Shown here one piece after another: positions 22,540 through 35,298 of a DNA stretch of 64,000 nucleotides. The DNA is from Plasmodiophora brassicae. Its lineage: Eukaryota. Below the pieces are notes generated by a model. The model was not told the origin of the DNA. It searched no databases and was given only the letters and a program-made list of their open reading frames with translations. Where the stretch lies: contig CP145409.1 of assembly GCA_036867785.1 (NCBI GenBank), positions 248,001 through 312,000 on the forward strand, in the 5' to 3' direction. Position numbers and translations under genes: made by a program. Position 1 is the stretch's first letter. Each line of letters opens with the position of its first letter.

Positions 22540-23946
22540 TCAGCCAAGTAGGCCTTGCACATGGGCAAGGCCCTTGGCGCACATCTTCGGACGCCGTCTG
22601 CGATCGGGTGGCTTGGCAGGAGAAATGAGAGGCGACGAGGGGATAACAGCAAATGCAGGCAACTGGTCAACCACCGCATCGGTAGGGACTATCCGTTCTA
22701 ATGACACCAAGCCACGTATCAGAACGATGCAGTTCTACTATGGAACGAGGTGGGGACCCACTTGTCTTTGAAACCGCATCCAGTTTCTGGAAACCTATGA
22801 CAATAACGGTGATGTTGTCGTCGCTCTGCCTCCGAATCGCCTCTTGTACCAGGAATTCGCTAGCGGCATCAACGCTATCATGACTAACACACATTCGTCA
22901 GCACGACGTAATCGGAAAATAATCAACGTCCAACTGACGCGAAAAGGTGTGATCTGACGAACTGAACTGCCTCTTCAGATCCAATAACGTCCCAAAGTCC
23001 ATCGCAAGCCAATATAACGAACTCATCAGCAGCATCGATGTTAACCTAAGAAACTTTGTCACGAATGCCCACAGCGAATTGCAATGTTGACGTACAAGTT
23101 GTGTCTCAGGTTGAGCTGTTAGCCCTTTAGTCTTCAAACCCAGATCACGGTCGAAGTCACCAATTGCTCTTGAAACATCGAGTACGCCGTTGAGCATATC
23201 CCATTCAACCGTCCCCCCATTCTTTTCCACACGGACGCGCTCTTCAAGCCTAGCAGCAGCACCATCACGTGAATACACATACAATCGCCAAATTTTCAGC
23301 ATGCCTTACGAGGTGGGTTTGTGATCATCCGTAAGCAGAATTGCCTGCCCACCACGACAAAGGACAGCTCGAGAATCGCCAGCATGGGCGATCGTTAAAG
23401 TGCTGTCGCTGGCCGAGTAAATTGCGGATACGCACACGGATCCAGACTCTTCATTGCTCAGTCGAGCCGTGTCCAAAAACTGCCTGTCCGTCAGCAAGAA
23501 CCTGTGCGCCCACTTGTCAGCGCGCAATGTAACCAGACCCGCTCACGCACCAGTACCCTTTAACCATGGCTTCAGCCATATTTCGACTGAATGGAACGCT
23601 CCGAGCGATATTTTCATGTAGATACCGTTTGCAGAACTCAGCAGCCGCGACACCCGCATGGCCATCAAAGAGGCCAACGTACACCGACTGGTGTGTCAGC
23701 GGGAAAAACTCGGGTGCCTCAAGAGCTTTGTCGACCAAAGCTCTTTGCACGAGATCGTTGAAACGGTGATAAATGACGTGTTTATCCTCCATGACCGTTC
23801 TTCGACCTCTGTCCTGGTGGACGCCATGTCGGATAAGTATAGAACTGTGTTAGCGTCAGCAAGAGTGTTTGACAACTATTGCATAGGTCGTACCTGCAAT
23901 GGCAGCACGTCTTCTCCTCGTCCATGTCGTGATCCCGTTGGCTCAT
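22540..23946 (-). CDS. Protein phosphatase 2C (PPM family), multi-exon
   Basis: [63 protein letters not shown]; start and end approximate. Confidence 0.92.
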
Positions 23947-24289
23947 GGGACGACGATCAATAGTCGGACATGCCGGCACCGTGGTCGTCCCGCGCCGGCC
24001 CGCTCCGACGACGTTTCCGTTGGCAATGATTATGTCGCCCCTCAGCCTGTGACTATCCCCACACGCCGACGTTGTTCGCACTCACGATCGGCAATCGCCG
24101 CAGCCACCAATCCCGTTCGTCGTCAAGCAACAACGGACTGGCAGAAAATGCGCGGCCCGACAGAAATATTGCGCCGTCACTCGGGGAACGTCAGCGGCGA
24201 CGAATTGGCGGGAACTTGTCCGAGCCTGCGATATGGTCTCCCCTAGCTCGTGTACACGTATGATTTCTGACTGGGAAAGAATGATGGAT

Positions 24290-24445
24290 GAGCAGCATCT
24301 GTTCCTGCCAGGTGACCAAACCTTTATTGCAGGCAAGCCATAACCGTGTTCCATTCGATTAACAAAGAGCAGCATCTGTTCTTGCCAGGTGACCAAACCT
24401 TTATTGCAGGCAAGCCATAACCGTGTTCCATTCGATGAACAAAGA
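24290..24445. repeat. Tandem duplication, 77-bp unit x2, in the divergent PP2C/USP intergenic region
   Basis: GAGCAGCATCTGTTC...CCATTCGATTAACAAA starts at 24290 and again at 24367, with 2 substitutions. Confidence 0.95.
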
Positions 24446-24727
24446 CCCACAACATCCTGGTATAATTATCGTTGTATTGCTGCCAATGGTATGCGTCAGT
24501 GTAAAATTATGCACCTGTGTATTTAGAGTGCCTTCCTCGACAAATGAGCGCCGTGCCGCCGACAAAACATGGCTGGCCCAGCGCAAGCGGTCTTTTGATT
24601 CGATCCGCAGCGTCGGGCGGGTGTCCGCTCTGCGCCGTCTCCATGCTTTGTGATTGCAAGTCCGTGGCGGCGTCCGCACGGAGTGTTTGCGCACCGCCAC
24701 GATTCAGGCTTCCAGAGCCGACTCCCG

Positions 24728-26454
24728 ATGGGGATTGTCGTTGAATGCCATGCCAAGGTGGCCGGCAACCCGCTCCCTAGGCGTCTAGAGTTCGTTAAAC
24801 CCCGGTTCGGGAGGAACGGGGTCGCACAGCATCGATCTGGGAAGCAGGAGAAGAATGAGTGCGAGCTAGTCCCCGTTGCTCTGCAGTGGGCTAAACCATT
24901 CGGGTCCGCATGCGGCCTTCAGAACCTGGGCAACACATGCTTTCTGAACAGCGTCATTCAGTGCTTGACGCACACGGCCCCACTTGCCAACCTGTTCCTC
25001 GGCGGCATTCATCAGAATTGCCGGGCCCGCGCAAGAAACCAATTCTGTATGCTGTGCTTCCTGCAGCAGCATGTCCCGATGGCTCTCCAAGGCGGCGCAC
25101 CGAAATCGCCTCGTCATCTCGTTGGAAACCTGCGCACGTTGTCGTCGTCGTTCCGTCCGGGACGCCAGGAGGATTCCCACGAATTCCTCTGTAAGTGCCT
25201 CGAAGCCATGCAGAAATCGAGCCCTGCAGCGAAAATCGTCGATTCCATTTTCGGCGGGCGCTTCCGATCTCAGGTCCGCTGCCGATCCTGCTCCGGAACG
25301 TCTGACGCATTCGACCCATTCTTCGACGTTTCCCTGGAGCTCATCCGCGCTTCGAGCGTTCAGCAGGCGCTGAAACATTTCACGGCGCCCGAAATCCTGT
25401 CGGGGCAGAACATGTACTTGTGCGGCAAATGCCACAAGCGCTCTGTGGCAGAGAAGCGACTAACCATCGACGTCGCGCCGCCCGTCCTGACGATTCAGTT
25501 GAAGAGGTTCCTGTGCACGGGCGCCAAGATCAACAAGCCCGTCCAGTATGGACATTACCTCGACCTGGCTCCATTCGTCAGTGGGAAAGCCTCTGGGGCG
25601 ACGTACACGCTTTTCGGCCTCGTCGTCCACATCGGCTCTGGGCCGAGGTCTGGTCATTACGTCGCCTACGTGAAGGGTTCGAATGGCACCTGGTACTGTA
25701 TGGATGACGAATGCGTCAGCAAGACGAGCGCTGATAACGTATGAACCGCTGGCGGCTACGGTTTTGCCCGTTCACTTACGTGTTCGTCCAGGTTCTGCAA
25801 CAGAAACCATACCTGCTCTTCTATTCGAAGAACGCGCCCGCCGGTACGCCAAAGGCACGTCGTCCCGAGCCGGCCCCATGCCGGTTGCCAGCACCGGCGG
25901 CGCCGTCCCGAAGGGCCGACGAGTTCCTCAAATCAATGGAAGGTGACCTGGTTGGTAGGAACGAGCAAACGGGCGTTGCTGCTCCCCAATCAGTCGCTGC
26001 TTCTGCTGAAGCTGTTGCCTCGAACGCTGTTCCTCCTAATCACAGTTCCGGTGGCCATGCTGCGATCTCCATTGGACCTGTTGGTGGTCGCCCTGTTGCG
26101 TCTCAGCTGTGTAAACGCCAACGGAAGCTGATGGTGCTAGTATCTCGTCAGCGACAACGGTACTACCCTCTTCATCTGCGACGTCCCACGCCTGGCGGTG
26201 GCGTCTTTCTGACCGCTGTCGATCCATCGGCTGTCATGCGCCCGCGCAACCTGGCAACGTGGGAGAACAGCAACGACGACGGTTTCGAAAGACGCGTCCT
26301 GTTGCGTCAGCATCAGGATGATGTCAGCGAATTGCCTCGCACCGATTGGGACGTTGATTACGATCGCGGCAGGACGAAGAAAGTGAAGCGACGTCGTGTG
26401 CACGCCCCCGGCAACCCGTTCCAGCATAAAGCGAACCAGAAGCATTCTGCCTGA
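24728..26454 (+). CDS. Ubiquitin-specific protease, USP36/USP42 (plant UBP23)-like, 2 exons
   Basis: Cys box GLQNLGNTCFLNSVIQCL, QEDSHEFL, His box HIGSGPRSGHYVAYVK, YLLFY; C-terminal WDVDYDRGRTKKVK...NPFQ is typical of USP36/42. Confidence 0.92.
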
Positions 26455-26505
26455 ATACACACCGGAGAGCCTACGGTCGTTGTAGTAGAGCAATGTGACG
26501 GTGGT

Positions 26506-29500
26506 TTAACTTTGAGCGGCAGGAACCTGTGGCTTCCGCGCTGGCGTATTCCCGTCCGCTTGGGCTTGCTCCTCTTCAGGCAGCTGGACCTCTCGGCACT
26601 TGATGCACTTCCTGAACGGGTTCGGCACGAACCAGTGAACGGGGAAGGTCGCGACCGCCCAGACCAGGCCCTTCTTCGATGCCCACGAAGGCTCCAGCTC
26701 ATGCAGGCCGCCGACTGGGCACGCACGGTTCTTGGTCCTGTGGTCGTCCTCATACAGCGTCTGCTTGCTGGGATGCGCCTTGCGCGGCTTCCTCGGCGCC
26801 CGAACGGCAACACGCGGTCTCCCCGGCCTGGTCGCCCTCCTGCTGCTTTCAGTGGCTGTCGGGATCGCCTGCGATGCTTCCACTGCCGCAGGCACAACGT
26901 CCTCGGGCGTCGGCCCTTGTCCATCAACCGCAGCAGGGGCCTCTGATACAGGAGGCTCCTGACCAGCTTCCGCCGACTGCTCTGGCGCCTCGGTCGGTGC
27001 GTCGTCATCGTCTCCGAACATGCCGAACAGATTCCACGATTTCTTCTTCTTTGGCTTGGCGTCCTCGTCGGCAGCATCCGGGTCACCTACCGCGGCGCCT
27101 GCCTCGTCCTTGATTGCCTCAGACGTGGCTTCCGGTCCATCCGGCGTCTGCTCGGAAGCGCGACGAGATTCAGGCGACCCCTTCTGGCCATCACTGGGCA
27201 TTGCGGCCGCGCTGCTAACGTTGCTGGCCTCAGCGGGTGCCACGCCCTGATCTGGGACCTCAACGAGAGCCGGCGTAATCGGTGTGCCATGCCGGCCAGC
27301 GTGATCATCCGACGGTCGTCTTGAATCACGCGCCCGATCCGACGCCAGCGACGACTTCCGGGAGCCCGCGGGGACCTGACCGAGAGGCGGCGTAATTGGC
27401 GTCCCATGACGGTCGACCTTTCCAGCCCGCTCGTCAGGCGCCTGAGCACGATCCGACGCCTGCGTCTGCCGCCTGGAACCCTGGGACGCTTCGGCGACAG
27501 GTGGCGTAATCGGTGTCCCATGACGGTCGGTCTTTCCAGCCCGTTCGTCAGGTGCCTGCGGAGCACGATCCGACGCCTGCGTCTGCCGCCTGGAACCCTG
27601 GGGCGCTTCGGCGACAGGTGGCGTAATCGGCGTCCCATGACGGTTGTTCCGGTCGGTCACGTCGTCTGAAGGCAAACTCGAATCCCCCGCCTGGTTGGCC
27701 ACTTGGGATGGTCTCCTCGATGCTGTGGGGACTTGGGTCGGCGTCTGACGCGGGTCGACCGGGCCAGCCGACTCGACAGGTGTCTGGGGTCGATTCGGGA
27801 CGTGTGACCCAGTGTTCGCGTCAGGGCGAGATGGGCTCGTTGGTGCGCCATGGTCGTCGTTCCTGGCAGTCACGTCGCCGGGACGTTGTGAATCACTCGT
27901 CCGGTTCGGCGGCACCTGCGATGACTTCCGGGACCCTGTGGCGACGTGGCCGAGAGGCGGCGTAATTGGGGAACCGTGTCGATCAGTTCTCTCATCGTCA
28001 TTGATTCCAGTGGCGCTGGGTGTACGCTGCTCATCGCCGGCTGGCGACGCTGCGACAGCGTCATCGTCCGGTGGTGGCCCAGCCTGTGCTCCTGGAGGCC
28101 CCGTCCTCCGACTGAACCAAGGCCTGCGGGCACCCGACCCATCATCGGCGTCGACCTGACTCGGTACCGCTGCAGCAGACTGATGAGCAGGCGGGTCGCT
28201 GTCAGGCTTGTCGATCGATCGGTGGTTGGAAGGGTCGTCCGGGCGCCCTGTCCCATTGTCATCGTCGTTGTCGTCGGGGCGGCCCCACCAATTCCATTTC
28301 GTCGCGGCACCGGGATCGTCCGGGACGTCGCTGGCGATCCGATCGTCCCGACCGCGTCCTTGACTATCCGGTAATGAAGCGGGTCCCTTGTCGTCTTCAG
28401 CTGGATCGACAGGTGCCTGATGACGATTCCGCCGGGGGTTGCCACTGGTGTTGTCGGCACCTTGAAGATCGGCTGGCTGAGCAGTGTCCTGACCGCTTGG
28501 GACGGTAGGTGCGCCGCCATCACGACGACGTCGCCGCCTGGCGTCATCACCATCGTCATCGTCATTGTCTCGCTCGGGTGCCTGTTCGTTGGCATTGTTG
28601 CTGTCCCAAGCGCCTCTGTTGTCATCCGGTGCGGCGTCATTGCTCTCATCGGCATCGGCATCGGTACCTGGGCGTCGGTTCCGCCTCCGACGGCCCCGGC
28701 GACGCTCATCGTCATTGGGGACATCGACGGCGTTGGACCCCAGTCGACGACTCTGCCGCCTGATGGCACGAGATTCATCGTCTGCATCAGCAGTGTCTCC
28801 CTGATCAACCGGGCGTGGACGGCCGGAAGGCTCGTCGCCCTGATGGTCGAGCGGGCCACTGTTGGACGGCTGTGACTTCCACCAGGGCTCTGCTGGCGCA
28901 CCAGCACCGGCGTCCTCGTCAGCACCAGGCGCAGAAGCGTCACCTGGGTCAGGACGATGACGATCACGACGACGACGCTGCTCACTAATGTCGGGAACAA
29001 GTTCAGCTCCGGCCTTGTCAGTCGCCGGTGACTCATTGTCCTCAGGCCTGCTCCACCGATCCCGCCCCGTCGGGCCGTCGTCGCTCGCCTGAGGTGCTTC
29101 GTCGCGATGTACTCCGTCAGAATCGCGATTCGGATCTGCCGGTTCCGCCTGGTCTGGTCGGTTCCATCGATCCCACCAAGATGACCCGTCGTCGTCGTCT
29201 GCCTGACGATCCCCATGACGTTGCTCTGGATCAGGATCGCGACTCGTGCGCTCCGCCATATTAGCCGGCGTTGCATCCTCTTGTTCAGGCTGGTTCCACC
29301 GATCCCACCACGATGGACCATCATCGCCTGCCTGAGGAGCCTCGCTGCGATGGCCTCGGTCGGGACCACCAGGAGTCGCCGGGCGATTCGCCTGCTCCGT
29401 TGGTGGCGAACCCGCCTGCTCTGGCTGGTTCCATCGATCCCGCCACGATGGACCGTCGTCACCAGCCGCAGGTGGCTCGTTGCGATGCTCGTCGATGTTG

Positions 29501-29943
29501 TTCCGCCCAGGATCAGGATCCGCTGGTGAGGAATCGGCCTGCGCCGGTCCGTTCCATTGATCCCACCATGATGAACCATTGCTACCCGTTTGAGGGGCGT
29601 CGTCGCGACGCCTCGAAGTGGTATCCGGAACAGCAGACGTCTCCTCGCGTGCCCTGGGCGATTCTTGTGCAGGTTGCACTGGTTGGGCGGGCGCGGCGTC
29701 GTCGTTATCGTCCTGCGGGAGATCGCGTTGCCGACGTCGTCGACGGCGAACGGGTTCGCTATCAGGATCGGGCTGTTCGGCGCTATCTGGCGCCCGGCGT
29801 GGGGCGTCATCAGCGTCCTGGGCATCCGCTGTAGGCATCGGCGGCGGTGTTGCCGCGTTCTCGCCTGGATCGGCCTCTACGTTGTCGTCATTGTCGCTTT
29901 CGTATCGGCGACGACGCCGACGGTGATATCGTCGCCGAGGCAT
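26506..29943 (-). CDS. 1145-aa disordered repeat protein with a C-terminal BRI3/LITAF-like Cys-hydrophobic-Cys domain
   Basis: Single long ORF rich in D/P/R/A; (S)WWDRWNQP repeats and RHGTPITPP repeats; C-terminal CPVGGLH...GLVWAVATFPVHWF...RKCIKC. Confidence 0.75.
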   Translation of the reverse strand: MPRRRYHRRRRRRYESDNDDNVEADPGENAATPPPMPTADAQDADDAPRRAPDSAEQPDPDSEPVRRRRRRQRDLPQDDNDDAAPAQPVQPAQESPRAREETSAVPDTTSRRRDDAPQTGSNGSSWWDQWNGPAQADSSPADPDPGRNNIDEHRNEPPAAGDDGPSWRDRWNQPEQAGSPPTEQANRPATPGGPDRGHRSEAPQAGDDGPSWWDRWNQPEQEDATPANMAERTSRDPDPEQRHGDRQADDDDGSSWWDRWNRPDQAEPADPNRDSDGVHRDEAPQASDDGPTGRDRWSRPEDNESPATDKAGAELVPDISEQRRRRDRHRPDPGDASAPGADEDAGAGAPAEPWWKSQPSNSGPLDHQGDEPSGRPRPVDQGDTADADDESRAIRRQSRRLGSNAVDVPNDDERRRGRRRRNRRPGTDADADESNDAAPDDNRGAWDSNNANEQAPERDNDDDDGDDARRRRRRDGGAPTVPSGQDTAQPADLQGADNTSGNPRRNRHQAPVDPAEDDKGPASLPDSQGRGRDDRIASDVPDDPGAATKWNWWGRPDDNDDDNGTGRPDDPSNHRSIDKPDSDPPAHQSAAAVPSQVDADDGSGARRPWFSRRTGPPGAQAGPPPDDDAVAASPAGDEQRTPSATGINDDERTDRHGSPITPPLGHVATGSRKSSQVPPNRTSDSQRPGDVTARNDDHGAPTSPSRPDANTGSHVPNRPQTPVESAGPVDPRQTPTQVPTASRRPSQVANQAGDSSLPSDDVTDRNNRHGTPITPPVAEAPQGSRRQTQASDRAPQAPDERAGKTDRHGTPITPPVAEASQGSRRQTQASDRAQAPDERAGKVDRHGTPITPPLGQVPAGSRKSSLASDRARDSRRPSDDHAGRHGTPITPALVEVPDQGVAPAEASNVSSAAAMPSDGQKGSPESRRASEQTPDGPEATSEAIKDEAGAAVGDPDAADEDAKPKKKKSWNLFGMFGDDDDAPTEAPEQSAEAGQEPPVSEAPAAVDGQGPTPEDVVPAAVEASQAIPTATESSRRATRPGRPRVAVRAPRKPRKAHPSKQTLYEDDHRTKNRACPVGGLHELEPSWASKKGLVWAVATFPVHWFVPNPFRKCIKCREVQLPEEEQAQADGNTPARKPQVPAAQS

Positions 29944-30307
29944 GCTTCGACGCTACCACGATTACTAGTGAAGCTATTTGCTGACCGGAGACGTTCCTTG
30001 CTTCCGATGCATGACGTCACGGCCAGCGCCGGAAGACGGGCCACTCAGGTGACGTCATCGATCGTTGTTTCCTGGGAGGCGCGATCATGGCGACACGATC
30101 GGACCCGAAGGCCTGAGGACTCGTTTCGCTGACATGTTTGCAGATGCCTGTCGCTCCAGAGCTGTCGCCAGCAACAGCAACTGACATGCTCGACGAGCAT
30201 CAAGCATAGCTCCGCCCCCTTCCGACAAGTGATTGGCCCTGTATCGTGGCATGCGTCTGTGTGTAATTAAATAGAACGTACCGGAAACGATATGCATGTG
30301 GGACTCC

Positions 30308-31214
30308 TCATAACTCCTCCAATAGGCGATCGAGCTCGGCGTCAGCATCGTCGGCATCCACCGAAACAGCAGGCGTCGTCGTTGCGGTCGGTGGCACCCG
30401 CCGTTCGGAGTGCTGATCCAGTAGATCATCCAGGTCGTCCGCGATGGCGACATTGTTACGTGCAGCGCTTGGTACAGATCCGGCAGATGCCACTGCAACG
30501 GGGACCGGCTCGGTGGCAGGTGCGGGATAAGGAACTGGACGATGCGTTGTACCTGTTTCGCCCATCACCGCCTCCTTATGCCCAGGAGCAGGCGCGGCTT
30601 GCCCTGCGTCCTCGGTCGATGCGTCGGCGGCATCAGCGTACTCTTTCGGCAGCCGAAGCAGCACATGGACGGGAAGCCTTTCGAGCGATCGCGCCAGATC
30701 ATCTAGATCGATTTCGAACAAGCGTTGTGCGGCATCGCGAAGCAACGCCTGATCGTGAGCAGTGTGGTCAAACGTTTGTCGGTACGCGTCCTCATCCGCT
30801 ACAAACGATCGTCAGATACCGCTTTAGACCCTTTGGCTACTGCAGGCGTTCCTACGAGGTTCCGTTAGAAGCCGGTAGGTCAACTCGCGACGGCGTCGAC
30901 GCTCGGTGGCGGCATCGTCATCAGTCTCGATAACACCGAGCGCCCGGTTCGCGTTCGGCAGCAGCGCCCGCCTGGAGAACTTGTCCCGCCTCGGCTCGGG
31001 CGCGTCCTGCCCGGCATCATCGTCCGACCCGCCAGACTCCACTGCTGCACGTCCACCCGAATCAGCACAACCGGCGCCCGCGGTCGCATCGCAACCCGCC
31101 CGCACCTGCCGACGGAGGCGGGCGCCTCGAGAACGACGCCGTCGCTCGGGACCGATGCTCCCGCAACGTCGACCCCTTGGCGCGACGGCCGTGGCCACGA
31201 CCGCGACCGTGCAT
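30308..31214 (-). CDS. Aven-like protein, multi-exon
   Basis: MHGRGRGHGRR RG-rich N-terminus; after a short intron KFSRRALLPNANR; LFEIDLDDLARSLERLPVHVLLRL; C-terminal DDLDDLL and ELDRLLEEL resemble Aven motifs. Confidence 0.5.
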
Positions 31215-31327
31215 CGCGCAACAGCGACGACGTGCCGAATCACCGCCGCAGATGCGCCGCGATCACCTGCTGGACGGACGTCGTCGGTTCGACTCTGCCG
31301 TAAGGCGACAGGCAACCCGTACTGCTC

Positions 31328-33650
31328 TTAGTTTATGGGGGCGGCAGCGAAGTCGCCGAGCTGTTCCAGGCGGGCGCTGAGGTAGGATTCGGGGGACGAG
31401 GCCGGCCATTCCCAGAACGGGATGGAGAGGAGGCGCCAGCCGGCCCACAGCAGGAGGCGCTGGCGCAGCTGGGCGCCGCCCGTCAGGATGCGACCTGCTA
31501 CGTAGCAGTGCGGGCTGAGGAGCACGATGCCGACGCGGTGCCGGGATCCAGGCGGGTTCACGGTCATGTGCAACCGGTACGCCGTCGTCGGGCAGAGGAC
31601 GTTGCGTTCAGTCCGGCCGGACTGGATCCGTGCCAGGGTGTCCTCGAGGTGGTCGAGCCAGCTTGACGGCGGTGCTCTTGGCGCGAACAGCATTGCGGAA
31701 TGTGACACGAGCTCGACAAGGCGGACGTCCGCGTCGTTGTCCTGCGGGAGCGCGTACCGCCGCATCCTGGTCCAGCACAGCGCCTGCCAGGTCTGGCGCA
31801 GCGAAGCGTCGGGCGGTTGCGTCTCTCGTGTCCGATGAAGGATAAGCGCCCACAGTGCAGATACATCGGCGCCTTCGACGTGCAATGCATCGGCGGCAGC
31901 GATTGCCCAGGCGGCACGAGACGCGACCGCTAACGAAGGCGTCCCGCTGAGAACCTTCTTGGTCGACACGGCCCAGAACTCGTCAGGGACAGTGAACACG
32001 TCTCGAGCGACAGCCCACATAACGGCAGCAATCTCTTCGGCGCTCGACGTCCTCGTCATACACCGCTCGACGAATACGCTCATGACGTCCGACCGAAGTG
32101 ACGACATCCTTGTCAGCAGCATGATCAGGGTTGCACGCTGCTTGGCGGTCAGTGCGTCGAGCGCGACGTCGTTGACACGCTCGACGAGTTCGAGTACGAT
32201 GGCGGCCGCCAAGGGCAGGCGTTCGTGTCCACGTCCAACCAAACTGTTGGCCATTTGGATCAGTGCGGGCGTGTCGAACTGGGCGACCCGGTTGAACGCC
32301 ATCGAGACAGCCTGCCCCAGCGGTGACTGCAGTGCAGGAATCGTCGGGTTCAACGCCAACGATTGAATCCAGGTGCGAAGCTCGACGGCAGTGAATCGCC
32401 ACTGCTCCTGATCCAGACGAATCGCAATGGCAGTGGCTAGCGACGGGTTCTTCTTCAGCGTGCGAAGGAACGCGCTCCCGAGAGCAACGAGCCGATCCGA
32501 CGGCAGGGCATCGATTCGGTGCAGGACGCAGCTCGACAAACGCGTTTGCAGGCCAATCGTGCAACCATCGCCGACAACGTCGCCGTTGCGAACAAATACG
32601 CGAACGATATCAGACAGGAGGCCCGGAGGGATAGCCATCAGGTTGCACGGCGCTAGGCGCGCTCGTGTGGTGATAAAAAGGGACCGGGCACCAATCGTCT
32701 TACGAAGGTCGACATGCCGGATGAAGGCGATGCAAAGCGCGACCAAGTGCTCGACGGCGAACATCTCAGCGTTCTTCACAGCGTGCATGGCGATGCGCTC
32801 GAGCAGTCTGGCATCGCGCACATCGTCGCCAGACGTCAGGCTTCGCACCAGGTCAACGATAACGCTGGCCGGGACATCCTCCAGACGACAACGCCATAAT
32901 TGTCGGCATAAGGCGTCGATCGCGTCAGGTGCACATCGCGACATGGCGAACACGTGTAGCACGTCGCGAACCTCGACCGTTGTGAGGCGGTCAGCTTGGG
33001 ATGCCGCTTGAGAGATGACGCGCGCGTAGAACTCAACGTTGTCGTATCCAGCACTGACCAGATGCGTCGCCATAGCGACCAGCTTCGAGCAGGGCATTGT
33101 GTCTAGGCGGTTCAACGTGGCCAGCGCCATCTGGTCGAGGCAGAACGGGTCCCGCCATGACAGCGACGACGATTTCGTGGCGAACGGTATCGCCATTCGA
33201 ACGAGATCGCCATGGCTAAGCTGATGCGCACTTCGAAGCAACGACCGTGTGCGGTTCAGCGCCTTGACGACAACCGTGTCGGGGACCCTGACAGCAGAAG
33301 GTCAGAACGCACCAACGCCGCTGGAGCGGTGTGTAAGGGGACGCACACCCATTGCGCTCTCTGTAACTCGATGATCACTCGGGCAAGCGGACGGGGCCTG
33401 AACTTTCGCAGACAGGGCAGAAGTCGCCGCATGAAAATGCCAGGCAGAGCGTCATCTTGGTCAGACGTGGTCCTCTCCAGCTCGACTACCCGCAACGCAC
33501 GACATGAGTAACGGCATCAACCGAGCGCAACGTCGCCCCGCTGCCTACCCGACCTGCACGATGAAGTACGGCGGCCAGTTCGAAATCACTGGGAACTCGT
33601 GACGCGACCAGCGCCGATCGCACGCTTTGGAACGCGCGCTGCTGTGCCAT
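31328..33650 (-). CDS. Helical-repeat RNA-binding protein with C-terminal RAP domain (FASTK/OPR-like), likely mitochondrial
   Basis: Helical repeats; C-terminal GIVLLSPHCY...LRQRLLLWAGWRLLSIPFWEW is a RAP domain; 5' exons from ORFs 33486-33650 and 33256-33495. Confidence 0.8.
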
Positions 33651-33797
33651 CGTGGACGACGACGACCACTCGCCCCGGCGACCCCTAATTTGAGAGGCGC
33701 CCCACTCAGCGTTCCGTAACGAAGATTCCATTGGGTTCCAGTCTGTCGCGTGCCTACCGTTCAGTATAACAATTCCTGCCTGGGATCGGGTCGTGGA

Positions 33798-35298
33798 ATG
33801 TTGCTGAACTGGGCCGACGAACCCGAGGTGGTCAGCGACCCGTATTCGGTGTTGCCGGTCTGTACCGGGAAGACGATTCGCGAGTGCACGGCGATACACC
33901 TGGGCGGCCGGAACATTACGCGCATCGACCATTTCGAGAGGTTCGTCAACCTGAACGTCCTCTACCTGAACGACAACCGGATTCAGCGCGTCGACAATCT
34001 GGAGAGCTGTTTCCGGCTCAGGGAGCTGTACCTGAACAACAATCGGGTCAGCACGCTGAAGACCGAATCGTTCGCCGCCCTACACTACCTGAAGCGGTTG
34101 TCCCTATCCGGGAACCGACTGAAGAACCTCCTCGAGACGTTGCCGCTTCTCAAGCACATGACGCAGCTAGACAATTTGGGTACGATGATGGCGGCGGGGG
34201 GCTTCAGGTTGCCTCGCCTATCGTTAAACGGATGGGGATTGCAGATCTGGAGGGCAATCCTCTGGCCAAGGAGCTCAACTACCGCCTTCACGTCATCCAT
34301 CATGTCCCGACGCTAACAGTCCTGGACCACGCCTGTACGACGGCGCTCAAACGCGCCCACTGTGACCTTGTCGATTAAGGAAGTGCAGATGTGACGCAGG
34401 AGGAGCGAGCCCAGGCGGAACGGTTGTACGCCGACCTGATCCGCAACGGTACCGTCCCCCCGGAGCCTCGCCGCGCCCCTGTGCGCCCAGCCTTAGCGTT
34501 CGGTAAGAAGAAACCCGACTGGACGCCGCATAGACGCGGCAGTCGTGCTGGTCAGCAATCAGAATTGTCCAAGACCATAATCGCTGATGCTGAGGTTGGA
34601 CCACATGCGCCCATCCTGGACGCGACCTGGTTCGCTAACTTGATGGTTGCGTTGTGCAGCGCCTCAAGGCGAAACGGGCCCAGGAACGTCGGGCTGACCT
34701 ACTGAGGCAGTACGGGGACAACGGCGAGAAGAAGTACGCCAGCACAGATGCACCTCCACGACCTCGTTGGTTCCTGGACGGCGTCCCGGGACAGTCACTC
34801 GACTTCTGGGACAAGATTGAAACTGGAGACGATTTCAGAAAGGTGCCGCTGAGCACAATCCCTGCTCTAAGGTGAAGTGAACACGCCTGCAGGTGCTGGA
34901 TAAGGCGTTCCCCGGAGATGAAGATCGCGTTATTCGTCTTCCGGAGCTGAACGCTGTCCTGATCGGGGATATGGGCCTTGGACGCCAACCAGATCGTTCA
35001 CAAGTGGAAAAGGTGCATCGATAGTGTCCTGGATGTGCTCGTCGTTACTCAGTAATCTGTTTAGGAGCTTTCATCGTGGACGAAAATCGACCCTGCTGAT
35101 CCGGACCCGGCAATGAAGAAGTCGGACGTTGTTGCTAAGTTTGCCCGTTTGACCTGGTCGCCTATTGCCCGGGCCAGGCTATTGGCACTACGCGAACGTT
35201 TATACGCCACTGCCCAGGATCTGGCCGCACAAGGTAACGAGTCTGAAGCCGCCCAAATTGTCACTTCGGCTGCGTCGCTCGAGCCGCTTCTTCAATAA
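33798..35298 (+). CDS. SDS22-type leucine-rich repeat protein (LRRC72-like), multi-exon
   Basis: LNVLYLNDNRI, LRELYLNNNRV, LKRLSLSGNRL, LEGNPL...YRLHVI..VPTLTVLD (LRRcap); later exons splice in frame to TAA at 35296-35298. Confidence 0.8.
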
